In this document: in pieces, positions 1 through 11,860 of the stretch
How positions within the stretch are numbered: the stretch's first letter is position 1
Layout: the number at the start of each line of letters is the position of its first letter
Assembly (NCBI GenBank): GCA_964016885.1
Contig: OZ024743.1
Span: 369,458,001-369,522,000 of the forward strand
Direction of reading: 5' to 3'
Length of the DNA stretch: 64,000 nt
Source: Eledone cirrhosa
Lineage: Eukaryota
Notes under the pieces: model-generated
Database searches by the model: none
What the model saw: the letters and a program-made list of their open reading frames with translations, nothing else
What the model was told of the DNA's origin: nothing
Position numbers and translations under genes: made by a program

Positions 1-429
1 CTGCAGCTACCTGGTCGATCCAGGGCTTTACTACCTCGCTCAGAACGCGGATGTAGCCATCGGTGTTCAGGGAAGAACTCGGGCGTTCTGAAGGCGTCAG
101 ATCGTCGATCATGTGTTTCCCTATCTGATGTTGCTTCGTAGTCGAATCCTGAATCTTCCAATTCCTTTCTCATCTTTTCCACCATTCTCCTGCTGACACT
201 GAGAAAGTCTGAAATTTCCTTATTTGTTCTCCCGGCGTGGGTTCCAAGATGAACTCTGTGTGTCTTCCACAAATTTGGAGGTTCAAAATTATTCATAATC
301 AATTACTCTTAAAATAAATAATGGAAATATAGTTACTGTTTTTATGAAGACAAGAGTGACAACGGAAGTAAAAAAAATTTGCGTAAAATTAGCAGTTGAA
401 AATTGCGAACAAATATCGTCCGCACCCTG
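1..429 (-). mobile_element. Internally deleted Tc1/mariner-superfamily (maT/DD37D-like) transposon, 5' part; runs off the window edge
   Basis: Minus-strand terminus TA|CAGGGTGCGGACG abuts (TA)n. Manual translation gives an HTH-like N-terminus (HAGRTNKEISDFLSVSRRMVEKMRKEL...RSDAFRTPEF) joined directly to a catalytic-region segment (LNTDGYIRVLSEVVKPWIDQVAA). Confidence 0.75.
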
Positions 430-491
430 TATATATATATATATATATATACACATATATATATATATATATACACGCACACACATATATA

Positions 492-960
492 TGTCAGGTT
501 GGTCTTCAGCTCTACTAGTAACATGTAACCCAGTAGAACCTGTGCATGGTCGGGTTGTCTGCAACTAAACCGGCAACCCCAACAAGCTTGCTTGGTGAGA
601 AGGATGATTTTGGGAACATTGCAGGACGAAAAGCAAGGCCAGTCAAAGGGCGAAGGAACTCAGGAGAGTCAACGGCCATCCAATATAGTTTTTTTTCTTT
701 GTGGAGCGAGAGACTCCTGGCCTTCATTAAGACATTTCTCTAGAAGAAGGTCATTGTGATATAAAGCCTGCAACTTCGTTTGCATTCAATGATGCAAACT
801 AGTTCTACTTTTTGGGTAAATGCATTTGATGTTCATGCAAAGCCTTTCTTCACTTATAAAAGCTTCAAGCACAGGCATCATTGCTGACCATAGGAAAGTC
901 CCTAGCAGGACTAAAAAGCCATGTCCGTGATATTCATGCTGATATTCATGATATAATGCC
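492..960. repeat. Unclassified dispersed repeat, homologous to 41669-42272
   Basis: Shares the block CTACT(A/G)GTAACATGTA-CCCAGTA-AACCTGT...CATGGTCGGGT...CTAAAC-GGCAACCCCA with 41670-41850. Both copies begin directly after a (TA)n-type tract. Confidence 0.6.
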
Positions 961-1074
961 ATCAAGTGATGGCATTACTCGATATATTTAAAAAGTAAAC
1001 AGAAATAACAAAACAAATGGCACAGTACATGGAAGAAATATATTAGTTTAACGCTTGAAATAGCAGGAAGAAAG

Positions 1075-1110
1075 TCTTAACATTTCAGACACTAGTCTTT
1101 AATCAGAAGA
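1075..1110 (-). ncRNA. Degenerate minimal type I hammerhead ribozyme motif
   Basis: Minus strand reads TCTT-CTGATTA-AAGACtagtGTCT-GAAATGTT-AAGA. Core G8 is changed to T and the stem III pairing is weakened, so it is probably inactive. Confidence 0.4.
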
Positions 1111-1134
1111 TAGTTAGAAATTGAAAATATGTAA

Positions 1135-1490
1135 TACTAGCTGAGGTACCCAGCTTCGCCAAGGTTAACAAATGATAAGAGAAGACCTGCAGAAGAGAAA
1201 ACGTCTGTATTGAATGCATTGTCTTGTTTACAGTGTGTGTGTATTGTGTGTGTGTGTGTGAGTGTTCGCGTGTGTATATATATGTGTGTGTGAGTGTGTG
1301 TGTGTGTGTTGTGTAAACCACCGTTGGAATCAGAGACATAGGCTGCGAAACACGATCATCACTGACAACGAACTCGCAGTGAGAATCCCTTATGGTTGAT
1401 TCCCAACCTGCTAGAAATAGCAGTCAGGTTGGTTAGCATATGTGGTATGTCTTTCTTCTTCTTTGGTGTTATAAAATTAGTATCAATAAA
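1135..1490 (+). mobile_element. Non-autonomous Helitron/HINE-like repeat with internal (TG)n; inverted homolog at 34200-35000
   Basis: Starts TACTAGCTGAGGTACCCAGCTTCGCC, a style typical of Helitron/Helentron non-autonomous ends. 1140-1235 matches the reverse complement of ~34910-35000, and 1335-1490 that of ~34240-34400. Confidence 0.45.
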
Positions 1491-1506
1491 TATTTATATA
1501 TATATA

Positions 1507-1725
1507 TCATCATCATCATCATCATTTTACGTCCACTTTTCCCTGCTTGCAAGGGTGGGACGGGAACTGATTCTGGCTTGATTTCTACAGCTGGATGCCC
1601 TTCCTAACACCAACCTCATTTACAGTGAGTGCTGGGTGCTTTTTTGCCGTGGCGCCTACATGTCCACTTTATAGTGTGGGCTGGGTGCTTTTTTGCAGTG
1701 ACACCTCCACGACCACTTTGCAGTG
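1507..1725 (-). mobile_element. Short non-coding RTE-derived element with (ATG)n tail inserted at (TA)n
   Basis: TCATCATCAT tail, then a 3' end matching the 56814 RTE, then the GGATGCCCTTCCTAACACCAACC module matching 49340-49490. Confidence 0.7.
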
Positions 1726-1759
1726 GAATGATAGGAACCCCAGTCCCTATCATCTCATT

Positions 1760-1897
1760 TCTACAGCTGAGTAAACTGGAGCAATGTGAAATAAAGTGTT
1801 TTGCTCAAGGAAACAACACATCACTCGGTCTGAGAATTGAATTCACAACCTTTCAATTGCAAGGCCAATGCTCTAACCACTAAGCCATGTGTCTCCA
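1760..1897 (-). mobile_element. tRNA-derived SINE head (same class as 48862-49081 and 56569-56778)
   Basis: Minus strand has A-box-like TGGCTTAGTGGTTAGAG, B-box-like GAATTCAATTC and TTTCCTTGAGCAAAACACTTTATTTCAC. Confidence 0.7.
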
Positions 1898-2241
1898 TAT
1901 ATATGTATATTTTTGTAAAATTGTAAGAATGTCAAATGTGGCAAAAGCTGTAAAATAGCCAGCTGCTATTATGTGTAGCAAAGAGGCAAGTTAAAATATA
2001 ACCTCTTATGAGTGGAAGAACTGTCAGAGAAGAAGGGAGAAAGGGAGGGAATGAAAGAAACAGTGTGTAATGCATATTATGACAAATGAGAGAGGTAGAG
2101 AGAGAGAGAGAGAGAGAGAGAGAAGTGGAAATAAGAATGATGCATCAAAAAGTTTTGGAAGCTAATGGCTAGCACCGTCTAGTGAATTCAAGCGGAAGCA
2201 GGAGAGGGTAACTACTGACTATCGTTTCTGACTGATGGCCA

Positions 2242-2427
2242 TGCAGTGAATTGGCAGTATCGGTAGAGGGTCGGACATGCTTTCCAGCATAGTTACGTCC
2301 CTTTACGATCTGAGTTCAAATCCAGCCGAGGTTAACTTTGCCTTTCATCCTTACGGGGTCGATAAAATAAAGTACCAGTAATGTACTTGGTAATTGCTGG
2401 CCTCGTGTCTAAAATAGAAACAATTAT
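2242..2427 (+). mobile_element. tRNA-derived SINE, family A (conserved CTTTCATCCTT..GGGGTCGATAAAATAAAGTACCAG core)
   Basis: Head TTGGCAGTATCGGTAGAG, B-box GAGTTCAAATCC, and the central core shared by more than 12 copies in this window. Confidence 0.85.
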
Positions 2428-2929
2428 CCAAGCAGTGTTCCCCTTACATTACTCTCTGCTGGAATTCAATATATGTGAAAATATATAGTTTTGATGCCTA
2501 TGTACATGGGCTGATTAGACTCATTTGCATATGGAGCTATGAGCTGATTCACCCTGAAAATAGAATTAAAGTTTTTGCTCTGACATAAGTGTATGCATAT
2601 AAGTATGTGTATTTTGTATATCTAGTGATATATGGTATGTTTATCAATAAACATTTGAAAGCCTTTTAGCTATGAATTTTGGAAGCTGATTTCCTGCTCC
2701 TGCTCCTGCTGGAATCCACCTGGTGGGGCTAGCCATCAGCTTCCAAGATTCATATTTAAAAGGCTGCGTGTTTGTTTGTGTGTGGGGTCTCTTTTTATGT
2801 TAAGTATTGTGTGCTGAGTTCCGTTCTGTTGTTGATTTATGGGTCGAGTCTATATATAAGCAGTGCTTCTTTTATTCTTAAGTTGCCCACATATCTCTCT
2901 CTCTGGCTTCGATATTGACTGTGGCTTCT

Positions 2930-3412
2930 GCATCTTTTTCACCCGATACATAAAACCCATAGTGCACTCCGATAAAAATGGTTCCTTGTCCCTGCTGGAC
3001 TTCCAACTTAGAATAACAGAAAAAGGCAATATATACATCGACTTCCAAAGGAAAGCCGCCAGCAGAGACCGGTTTGGGCATTATAGGCCAGTCCTCTCCC
3101 TAAAGCCAGATACATAAGAAATGAACTGATGCATATTTAGAATAAATGCAACAAGATAGAGGATCAGATCATTCACACTGCACACTTCATGGATGTACTG
3201 AAGATGAACAGATACCCAACATCCACAATGAATTGTCTTAGGAATAGAAGGCGCCGCAGGCATAAGACCTCTTCTAACACCTGTTTCATGACTGGACATA
3301 CAATTAACCGCCAGGATGCCTATCAAAAAGGTGATCCACTGACAACAACCAATGCACACTGACTAACTGCCCTATCTGCATCACGTGGTATACCTGATTG
3401 AATGCAACAAAT
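2930..3412 (+). pseudogene. Degenerate Penelope-like element fragment (RT thumb region and start of GIY-YIG endonuclease)
   Basis: ORF 2863-3117 contains KNGSLSLLDFQLRITEKGNIYIDFQRK...DRFGHY, like the PLE 'NG.L.FLD...YRK...YLHY' motif. ~3385-3411 encodes VVYLIECNK, like the PLE GIY-YIG start. Confidence 0.6.
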
Positions 3413-3824
3413 CCTTGTTGTTTTTTTATACTGCTTTTTTTTTTTTGCTGAGAGGTCTTTTTGGCATCATATGTTTAGTGAGCTAATATGACTATCTTGT
3501 TTGTTCTTCTTTAGGGGATTTCAAGCACAATTTGCATTAATTGTATGTAGCTTAGTTGTCAACTGAAATAACACAGGAAACTCTATGCTGAAAGAGAATT
3601 GGTTTCCTGTACTCATGCCATTAATGTCAGAGTTAAAGACACCCCCTCCCCCCGTCCTCCTCTTTCTGATACCAGCTTCTCACGCTTCTGTCTAGATAGC
3701 TTGCAGTTATCTTAGTGCAATACTTGCATGGCTCTATACAAGGCTTAATCCCAGAAAAATACCTGCCAATTCAATGTTCTTTGCTAGAGGGGATTACTTT
3801 GCATGTGTGAGGATGTGTGCATTT

Positions 3825-3866
<42 letters not shown>

Positions 3867-4956
3867 TACAAATGTTTTTAGTTGGAAGGATTATTTCATT
3901 CATTTATTTTCTTAATTACACTTTAAATCCATTCTTTTGTTGTGAAAAAAAAAAAAAAAAATATTTGAATTATGTTACACCAGATGTGCACATAAATACT
4001 TAAATTTTTATGCATTAACAAATAAAAATAAAATAAAAAATTTGAAAGATCCTTTTTTATCATATATATATATGTTAATTTTCCCCTTTTGTATCATTTC
4101 CATTATTTCCATAGCAAATTTTTAGAAAAGATTTAAAAACATTAAATGTAGTGATAGAAATTGTTGGCAAATTATCAGTGGCTAACATGACTGGTATTAT
4201 ATGTAGTGTAGTAAATGTTGTTGTAGTCAGATGGTGACTGTGCTGCAATGAAACAACTGTTGTGTTTGTTGTTTAACTCCAAGTCAAACCATTCCATCCA
4301 TGAACATCTCATCTTTTTTGCAAACATTGTTTATCTAGTGTTTGTACTTTGTTTAAAGTTTTAAATGATATTTGATTACTATTTTTACTAAGTCATTGTG
4401 ACCACTCAAAAGCTTCCTCGTTGGCTCATTACTGTGTTGTTAATTGTTAAATTATAACTGTATTGTAAAAAAACAACAAAACATTAATTAGTGTTATTGA
4501 AAATAATTCTCACAAGAGGCAGGAGAGAACTCCAAAAATTTCAATTGTTCAAAAAATAAGTTCGATAATGCAGTTTTATTTAATCAACCATTGAAGAGAG
4601 ATGAATAGCAACATTGACTTTGGTAGGATTTGAGCTTGGAAGAGTGAGATAGAAAGTCAGTGGCCACAGAATACAAATTGAAACTAATGTAGGACTCAAT
4701 ACTACTATATAGTCAATATAAACAATGAATGTAAAACATTTGCAATTGGATCTTTGTCAGACTGACAAGGAAACTTAAGTTTTAAGTACAACAAATGCAG
4801 TGGACTAGCTTGAAGCAGAAGCAGCCATAAGACCATAGACTTCTTATGATTTGTTAGTAGTAGTAGCAGTAGAATACAACACATATACTATACACACTGA
4901 CGTGAAAGTGTATGTATGAATATGTTGGTGTGTGTATATATATATATATATATATT

Positions 4957-5151
4957 TAGTTATGTAATAAACAACATAAGGCAATTATTCCATTTACCAG
5001 TGGTTTCTTAAAAGCAAAAAATTTTGCTTTCAATCATCAGAATGAAAAAATCCTGGATTTTTTCATTCTGATGATTGAAAGCAAAAGTTTTTGCTTTTAA
5101 GAAACCACTGGTAAATGGAATAATTGCCTTATGTTGTTTATTACATAACTA
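4957..5151. repeat. Near-perfect 195-bp palindrome (centre 5054) heading a PLE-pLTR-like element that continues to ~5220
   Basis: The ~97-bp arms are reverse complements around AAAAAATCC-T-GGATTTTTT. The element is flanked by (TA)n on both sides. Confidence 0.95.
5061..5120 (+). ncRNA. Type I hammerhead ribozyme motif (mirror copy on the minus strand at ~4988-5047)
   Basis: Stem I TTTCATT(5061-67)/AATGGAA(5114-20); core CTGATGA 5068-74; stem II TTGAAAGCAAAA..TTTTGCTTTTAA; GAAA 5101-04; stem III ACCA-C-TGGT; predicted GUA site ending 5113. Confidence 0.85.
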
Positions 5152-5219
5152 TTAAGCTCTGTTACCTACATAGAGCACTCTTTTTTCCTGGACTTTTCCG
5201 ACGGAATTACTTCATTCAT

Positions 5220-5261
<42 letters not shown>

Positions 5262-5304
5262 TCAGCGAGAATCGCATTCTGGCTGAATTTATATATATAT
5301 ATAT

Positions 5305-6770
5305 AATAACTTTGATAACTTTCGGCCAGTATTGGCCCAGGGTATGTCTAACTTAATAGCACCACCTGGCGAAGTCTTTCAAATCAGGATTTGGACACCA
5401 TGGTCCCCTCAAGTAGAGAGTTATTGTTTACGGAGACATATCTGGGTGTAGGAGATTTATCCAGGATTCCTTGGAGGAATTTGTCCAGAGTGTTTTTGAA
5501 TTTTATGGGATGTGTTTCTGTTTTAATGTGTGTTGGTGTAATGTTAAAGAGAGCAGGGCTAATTGAGGTGAAATAATTGTGCTGTAATGTTGTTATGAGA
5601 TGTGAGTTTGATTTTTGTTGTGGGCGGGAAGTGCGTGTCCCAAGCCTTAGGTGTACTTTAAAGATGATGCCAATATCATTTAGGCAATACTGAGGGAATA
5701 TTTTCCACATCATGCAGATAATGTAGTGTTCATGGTGGCATTGGAAAGAATTGAGGTTGAGCTTTTCTAATCGACTCCAATAATCACGGCCTGTCATGCC
5801 ATCTATTTTTTTGTGATTGACCTTTGAGGTGCTTCAATTTTCATAATACTTAGTTTTGTGTGGAGAGACCAAGGTGGACAACAGTATTCAAGGTGGAGTT
5901 GGGCAAAAGTAGAGAAGAGAAGGATAGTGTGGATATGTCACGACTGGAAAGTTCTGAGAATCCAGGATCACATTCTGCGGGCCATGTCAATTTTGCTGTT
6001 TATATGAGTGACCCAGCTTATGTTGTTATCAACAATTACTCCCAAATCTCTAATGTTGTTGAATGCCACGGGAGTTTCACCTTTAGGAAGGGAATATGGG
6101 AGTTTCAGTGCATCCTCTTTTCCAAAGTGGATTAATTTGAATTTATCCTCGTTCAGCAGCATATTGTTCTTTTCCACCCATTGGATAACAAGTAGATCTG
6201 ATTGAAGACATGTCCGGTCACCCACTCCATTGATGACCTTCTGAAGCTTGGAATCATCTGCAAAGATTCTTATGTTGCTGTGCTTGATGATGTCAGTAAT
6301 GTCATTTATATAGATGATGAAAAGAAGTGGGCCCAACACAGTGCCTTGCAGGACACCACTGCTCACTTTGGCTGGGCTTGATTGTACTCCTTCAATTAAA
6401 ACAGAAAGTTTTCAGGTATATAGCCAGCATCCAGTGAATTCCTCCACAGATTAGCAAGAGGAGATTCAAGTTGGTGTTGAGACACCTTAGGACACAAGCA
6501 GGGAGCCTATCAGGGCCTACTGCTGAATTGTGTTTAATTTTGTTTATTGCCACTAAAACATCAGAGGCACCAAGTGTTATGTCCGATATAATGTGTTGGG
6601 GATTAACATCACTGATACAGCCCAGATCAGCCATATCAGGATTGCTGAAAGCAGAACAGTATTGTTTCTGCAGTATCTCACCCATGGTTTTAGCATTGTC
6701 TTGGAGAGTGCCATTTTAATCAATCAGAAGGCCAACAGTGGAGACAGGGATCTTGTGTTTTTCCGCAAAT
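5305..6770 (-). mobile_element. CR1-group LINE, 5'-truncated and decayed (RT C-terminal half)
   Basis: ORFs show [49 protein letters not shown] and YWSRLEKLNLNS, with frameshifts. The short-repeat 3' tail abuts (TA)n. Confidence 0.85.
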
Positions 6771-7254
6771 GAAAATAAATATATATAATTTTGTGTGTGT
6801 GTGTATAGTCTCTGAATGTGTTAATATAATAGTAAAGAGAAAGCAACATTGTTTGGCAGCTTTGTTGAGGAATGTGAAGTTTGGGTATGAGAGTAAGAGG
6901 AGCAGTTTGTGTGTGAGAGTAAGAGGAGCAGTGTGAGAGGGGCAGTATAAAAGGATCAGTGTGAGAGGATCAATGTAAGATCAGTGTGAGAGTAGTAGTG
7001 TGAGTATATGAGGAGTAGTGATATGATAGATTAACTGTCTGACTATATCTGATGTAACTTGAAATAGGTTGTGTAGATGTTTTAAAGGGAAAACAACTGC
7101 TCTACAATCCATTTGATTTTTTTCTTCTTTTTACATCAGTCACAAGGGAATATAGTTATTTCTTTCTTGTTTCTATTTCTTCACTAGAGGAGGATTGCTT
7201 CCAACTTTTGTCTGTGTCTAATTTGGTAAACGTTCCATGATGGTTAAAACATCA

Positions 7255-7360
7255 CTACCGCCCCCATCTTTATCACCATTGCCACCACCACCACCATCAT
7301 CATTATGAAAACTATCACACTACCAATAACATCATCGCCATCATTGTCACCACCACCACC

Positions 7361-7392
<32 letters not shown>

Positions 7393-7425
7393 CAACAGCA
7401 CTACTACCATCACTACCAACAACAT
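7255..7425. repeat. (CAC)n/(CAA)n/(CAT)n compound trinucleotide tract
   Basis: Direct reading. Confidence 0.9.
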
Positions 7426-7634
7426 TGAGAATCTATGTTCCAAACACCAGCTAATAACGAGAAATTGAGTTATTTTACTAAATCCCTCCAAATTCTTAAT
7501 TATTTCCCAAATTATTTGAAAACCATAGAAAAATACTAATAGAAGAGCTATTTTTATCATCATCATCATCACTGTTTAATATCTATTTTCCATACTTGCA
7601 TGTGAATAATGGACTTATGTCTTCTTTGATGATC

Positions 7635-7945
7635 AGCGTTCCAGTTGATTGATCAATAGAACATCCTGCTGGTGATATTAACGTGTAAGTGGCTGAACAT
7701 TTCACAGACGCGTGTAACCATAATGTAATTCTCGGTGAGATTGTGTGCGACAAGGCTGGCCCTTTGATTTACAGCCTATTGACGGGCTTCCAAACGGTTT
7801 CCGTCTACACTGTTTCACTCACAAGCATGGGTCAACCCGAGGGAAGAGTAATTGACACATGCGCAAGATGTCACACAATAGAATCGGACCCAGGACCGAA
7901 TGATTGTAAAACAAACACTTTAACCATTCTGCCATACTGCGTCCA
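7635..7945 (-). mobile_element. Decayed SINE (related copies ~10380-10560 and 23380-23680)
   Basis: The block GTGGCTGAACA..CACAGAC.CGTGTA...GAGATT...GACAAGGCTGGCCCTTTGA.TTACAG recurs at 10425-10520 and, inverted, at 23510-23610. Confidence 0.55.
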
Positions 7946-7964
7946 AAAAACTATAAGTATAAAT

Positions 7965-9093
7965 AAGGAGTAGGCAGAAACTCCATTTCATGTCCCAAAA
8001 TGCAAAGTATGGGTGCATAAAAGATGTAGTGGGATCACAGGTAAGCTAACTAAGAATATAGATTTTATATGTGGCCGGTGCTCTGGTGCAATAAGTAGCA
8101 GCAAGTGCCCACAAAATACTAGCTCATTTCATTATTGCACAGATGGTTCTATAGAAATAGTGGACAACTTCCGTTACCTGGGTGACAAAATCAGCAGTGG
8201 TGGAGGGTGCTCAGAAAGTACAGTAGCTAGAGTCAGAACGGGATGGAAAAAGTTCAGAGAGCTTATACCACTATTGGCCGCTAAAGGGTTCTCTCTAAAA
8301 ATGAAAGGCAGGCTGTATGATGCCTGCATACGAACAGCAATGTTACATGGCAGTGAGACCTGGGCATTGTGTGCAGAGGATATACGCAGACTGGAGAGGA
8401 ACGAAGCTTGCATGCTCCGCTGGACGTGTAATAGTAATATACGTGAACGGCAAACCATAAACGAACTAAGGGAGAAATTAGGAATAAGAGGGATCAGATG
8501 TTGTTTACTCGAGAGAAGACTACGTTGGGACGGTCACGTGATGCGCATGAAAGACGATAGCTGTATAACAAAGTGCAGGGCAATAAAAATAGACGGTAGC
8601 CACGGAGTAGGCAGACCCAGAAAAACCTGGGACAACTTGATAAATTCCGCCCTCACACACTTACACCTCTCCAAGACAATGTCACTGGACCAAGATCTTT
8701 GGCGCTACACAGTAATACAGAAGACCCGCCTTGCCTAAGTACAAAGCGAAACCTACAGTCAGTAGGCACCTCTAACAAAAATACACCCCGTCCCACTACC
8801 CCCACCCCATCCACACCGCCCCTTTCAATGTTAAGTTATGTTGGTGTCACACCATCCAGCCCGAAACAAATGAGGACGTGTAGGTGTCACAACAAAAAAA
8901 CACACAGTCCACGCTGTAATGTGGCCGTGTAGGTAACACGGTAAAAACCTCCCAGTCCACACTGTAAACGTGGTTGGTGTTAGGAAGGGCATCCAGCCGT
9001 AGAAAACCGGCCAGACAGTCCTATACGAGCAAGACAACCACTCTTGCCTCAAGTGGGAAAAACCCATGTTAGCGTGGAAGATAGACGTTAAAC

Positions 9094-9122
<29 letters not shown>
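7965..9122 (+). mobile_element. 5'-truncated RTE-clade LINE (RT C-terminus, 3' UTR, (GAT)n tail)
   Basis: ORF 8013-8738 has FRYLGDKI, RTAMLHGSETW, ERRLRW.GHVMRM and GRPRKTW. Tail GACGTTAAAC(GAT)n at ~9085-9121. Same subfamily as 52435-53317. Confidence 0.9.
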
Positions 9123-9125
<3 letters not shown>

Positions 9126-9191
9126 CATGCGCACCAGGAAGAGAATGGAAGCTGCATTTTATGTGGTCCTTGCAATTCTATATTTATTGTA

Positions 9192-9362
9192 CAGTGAAAT
9201 TCCGTTATAACGAAATTCACGGGGTTTAAAAAAATTCTTTGTAACGAAAAATTCTTTATAACGAGATCAACCTAACACATCGAGCGTTTGCCAGGGATTG
9301 AAAAATGTTCGTTATACTGAAAAATTCGTTATAATGGTAATCGTTATAACGGAATTTTACTG
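9192..9362. mobile_element. Tc1/mariner-pogo type MITE
   Basis: TIRs CAGTGAAATTCCGTTATAACGA / TCGTTATAACGGAATTTTACTG with flanking TA target duplications (9190-91, 9363-64). Confidence 0.85.
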
Positions 9363-9849
9363 TATCATGTTTCCCGAGTACACCAATCATTTATTAGTGC
9401 CAACACTTTTATATTGGTACAGTTGTGACCATGCTTCGTGGAATAGAGTTACGCCCCTTTACGCTCTGATTTCAAGTCCCGCCGAGGTTAGCTTTGCCTT
9501 TTATCATTACGTGATGTTGGCCATGTGCCTAAATCAGACACCATATTGGTATAGAGGTAACGCTCTTCATCTGCTTCGGCATTTATTAAATAATCTAAGA
9601 CTCTTTCTTTCTTCCTCTTTTCCAACTCTTATCCTCTCTGATTGTAATAAAATATAATCACTGGCATCTGGTAGAGGTGATTGAGTGTTAACAATACGAC
9701 CGAGAGGAAAGTACCTCAAGACATACGGTGGGATCTCATATGCGTAATTTATGTGAGCTGAAAAACTTTATTCAGCTGAGATTATCCAACCAATTAGTAG
9801 ACAAAAAACTCCTTCTAGGTGTGTTGAAAATACGATATAATAACAATAA

Positions 9850-10285
9850 TAATTGTTTCTAGATTTGGCACAAGGCCAGCACATACCCAGTGCATTACTA
9901 GTACTTTATTTTATCGACCCCGTAAGGATGAAAGGCAAAGTTAACCTCGGCGGGATTTGAACTCAGAATGACAAGGGCCGTAACTCTATTTATCAAAGCA
10001 TGGCGTCCGACCCTCTACTGATACTTCCAATCCACCGCCTTATAATAACAATAATAATAATAATAATAATGGTTTCTTATATAGGCACAAGGCCAGCAAT
10101 TTTTTGGGGGAGGGGAAAGTCGATTAAATCGACCCCAGTGTGTAACTGGTACTTTATTTTATCGACCTCGTAAGGATGAAAGGCAAAGTTAACCTCGGCG
10201 GAATTTGAACTCTGAACGTAAAAGGCCGTAACTCTATGCCGCAAAGCATAGTGTCAGACGCTCTACCGATCCTGCCAACCCACCT
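9850..10285 (-). mobile_element. Two adjacent family A SINEs (9850-10040 and 10070-10285)
   Basis: Both carry GTACTTTATTTTATCGACC.CGTAAGGATGAAAGGCAAAGTTAACCTCGGCGG.ATTTGAACTC, with (TAA)n-like tails. Confidence 0.85.
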
Positions 10286-10559
10286 AAACACAACGCAAAC
10301 ACATGCAATGCTCGTATAACTAAAGCGGAAAATAGGACATAAATGGAATATATTTTTGTATATGTAGAATGCATCTCCGCCTGTTCCGACGACGAGTGTC
10401 CCTGCTCATAAAATTAATGGGTAAGTGGTTGAACATATCACAAACACGTGTACTCTTGACGTATTTCTCTGTGAGATTTAGTATAACTGTGCGTGAAAGA
10501 CGGGTTCATTGAATTACAGGTACAGTCCATCCAATTTCACTCACAAGACTTCCGGTAAA

Positions 10560-11855
10560 TGACAAAGGCTCAAGATGCTAAACAGGCACCTTTTCTGATA
10601 AGTCTTTCAAACTGGTACCAATCTCTACAAAGCTGACAGAAGATAGTGGGACAAATATTGAGACACAGTGACACACGTGTGAAGTGGTTCTTGGCAAGAA
10701 GAAGACTCAGCACAAAGAATGGATCTCTGCAGACACCATCCAGAAATTGGAAGCAAAAAAGAGAAGAAAGCTTCCCTGAATATGAGCTGAAGAAGGGAAT
10801 CCAAGGCAGGAGCACAGGAAGAGTACACACTGGCTGACAAGAAGTGAAGAGAAACACCAAGGAGGACAAGACAGACATCAACAACCTGGCTAGTCAAGCA
10901 GAGAAAGCAGCAGGACAGGGTAACATGAAAAACCTGTATCACGTGACCAAAAAGCTAGCAGGTAAATTCCAGCGTACAGAGAAGCCAGTGAAGGACAAGA
11001 ATGGAAACCCGTTGGCAGAGCACTTCAGGGAGCTGCTGAACCGCCCCACCCCTACAGTACCACCAGATATCCCATCAGCAGAGACTCATCTATCCATCAA
11101 CTGTGACAAACTCTCAAAAGTAGAAATCAAGAAAGTCATCATGACACTGAAAAATAGGAAAGTTACAGGACCGGAAAAATACCAGCAGAACCCATCAAAG
11201 CAGACTGCTGTCAACACGTTACATAGCCTCTTCAGTAAGATCTGGGAGAAGGAAGATGTCCTGACCCAGAAGGGTGACCTCAGGGACTGCAGCAACTACT
11301 GAAGGATCATCTCCTGTCAGTGCTGGAAAGGTTCTCAACAGAGTACTAGTGGAGAAGATAAGGAAAGCAGTCGACCTTAAGCTCGGGATCAGTAGGTGGG
11401 ATTCCGCAGGAATAGATCCTGTGCTGATCAGATGACCAGTCTACGCATCATTGTGGAACAGTCACTGGAGTGGAATTTCCCATTCTACATCAACTACACA
11501 AACTACGAGAAAGCGTTAAGCAGTGTGGACAGAGAGACACTGTGGAAGCTGCAGATGCACTACGGAGTGCCTGAGAAGATTATCTCCCTCATCCGGTGCA
11601 CTGACCAAGACATTAGCTGTAAGATCGCCCACGACGACCAACTTTCAGAGTTTCCAGGTGAAGACCGGAGTTCGTCAGGGGTTCTTGTTGTCACCGTCCC
11701 TCTTCCTCCTGGTCATTAACTGGATATACTACAACATACAGGAACAATGGTATACAGTGGATACAACTGGATGATCTCGATTTTGCTGGTGATCTGGCAC
11801 TCGTGTCACACAGTTACGACTAGATACAGGACAATACCTCTCGTTTGGAGACCAA
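10560..11855 (+). pseudogene. Decayed RTE-clade LINE fragment (RT domain)
   Basis: KGDLRDCSNY, GFRRNRSCADQMTSLRIIVEQSLEWN, EKALSSVDRETLWK and VKTGVRQGFLLSPSLF appear in broken frames. Confidence 0.85.
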
Positions 11856-11860
11856 CTTTC

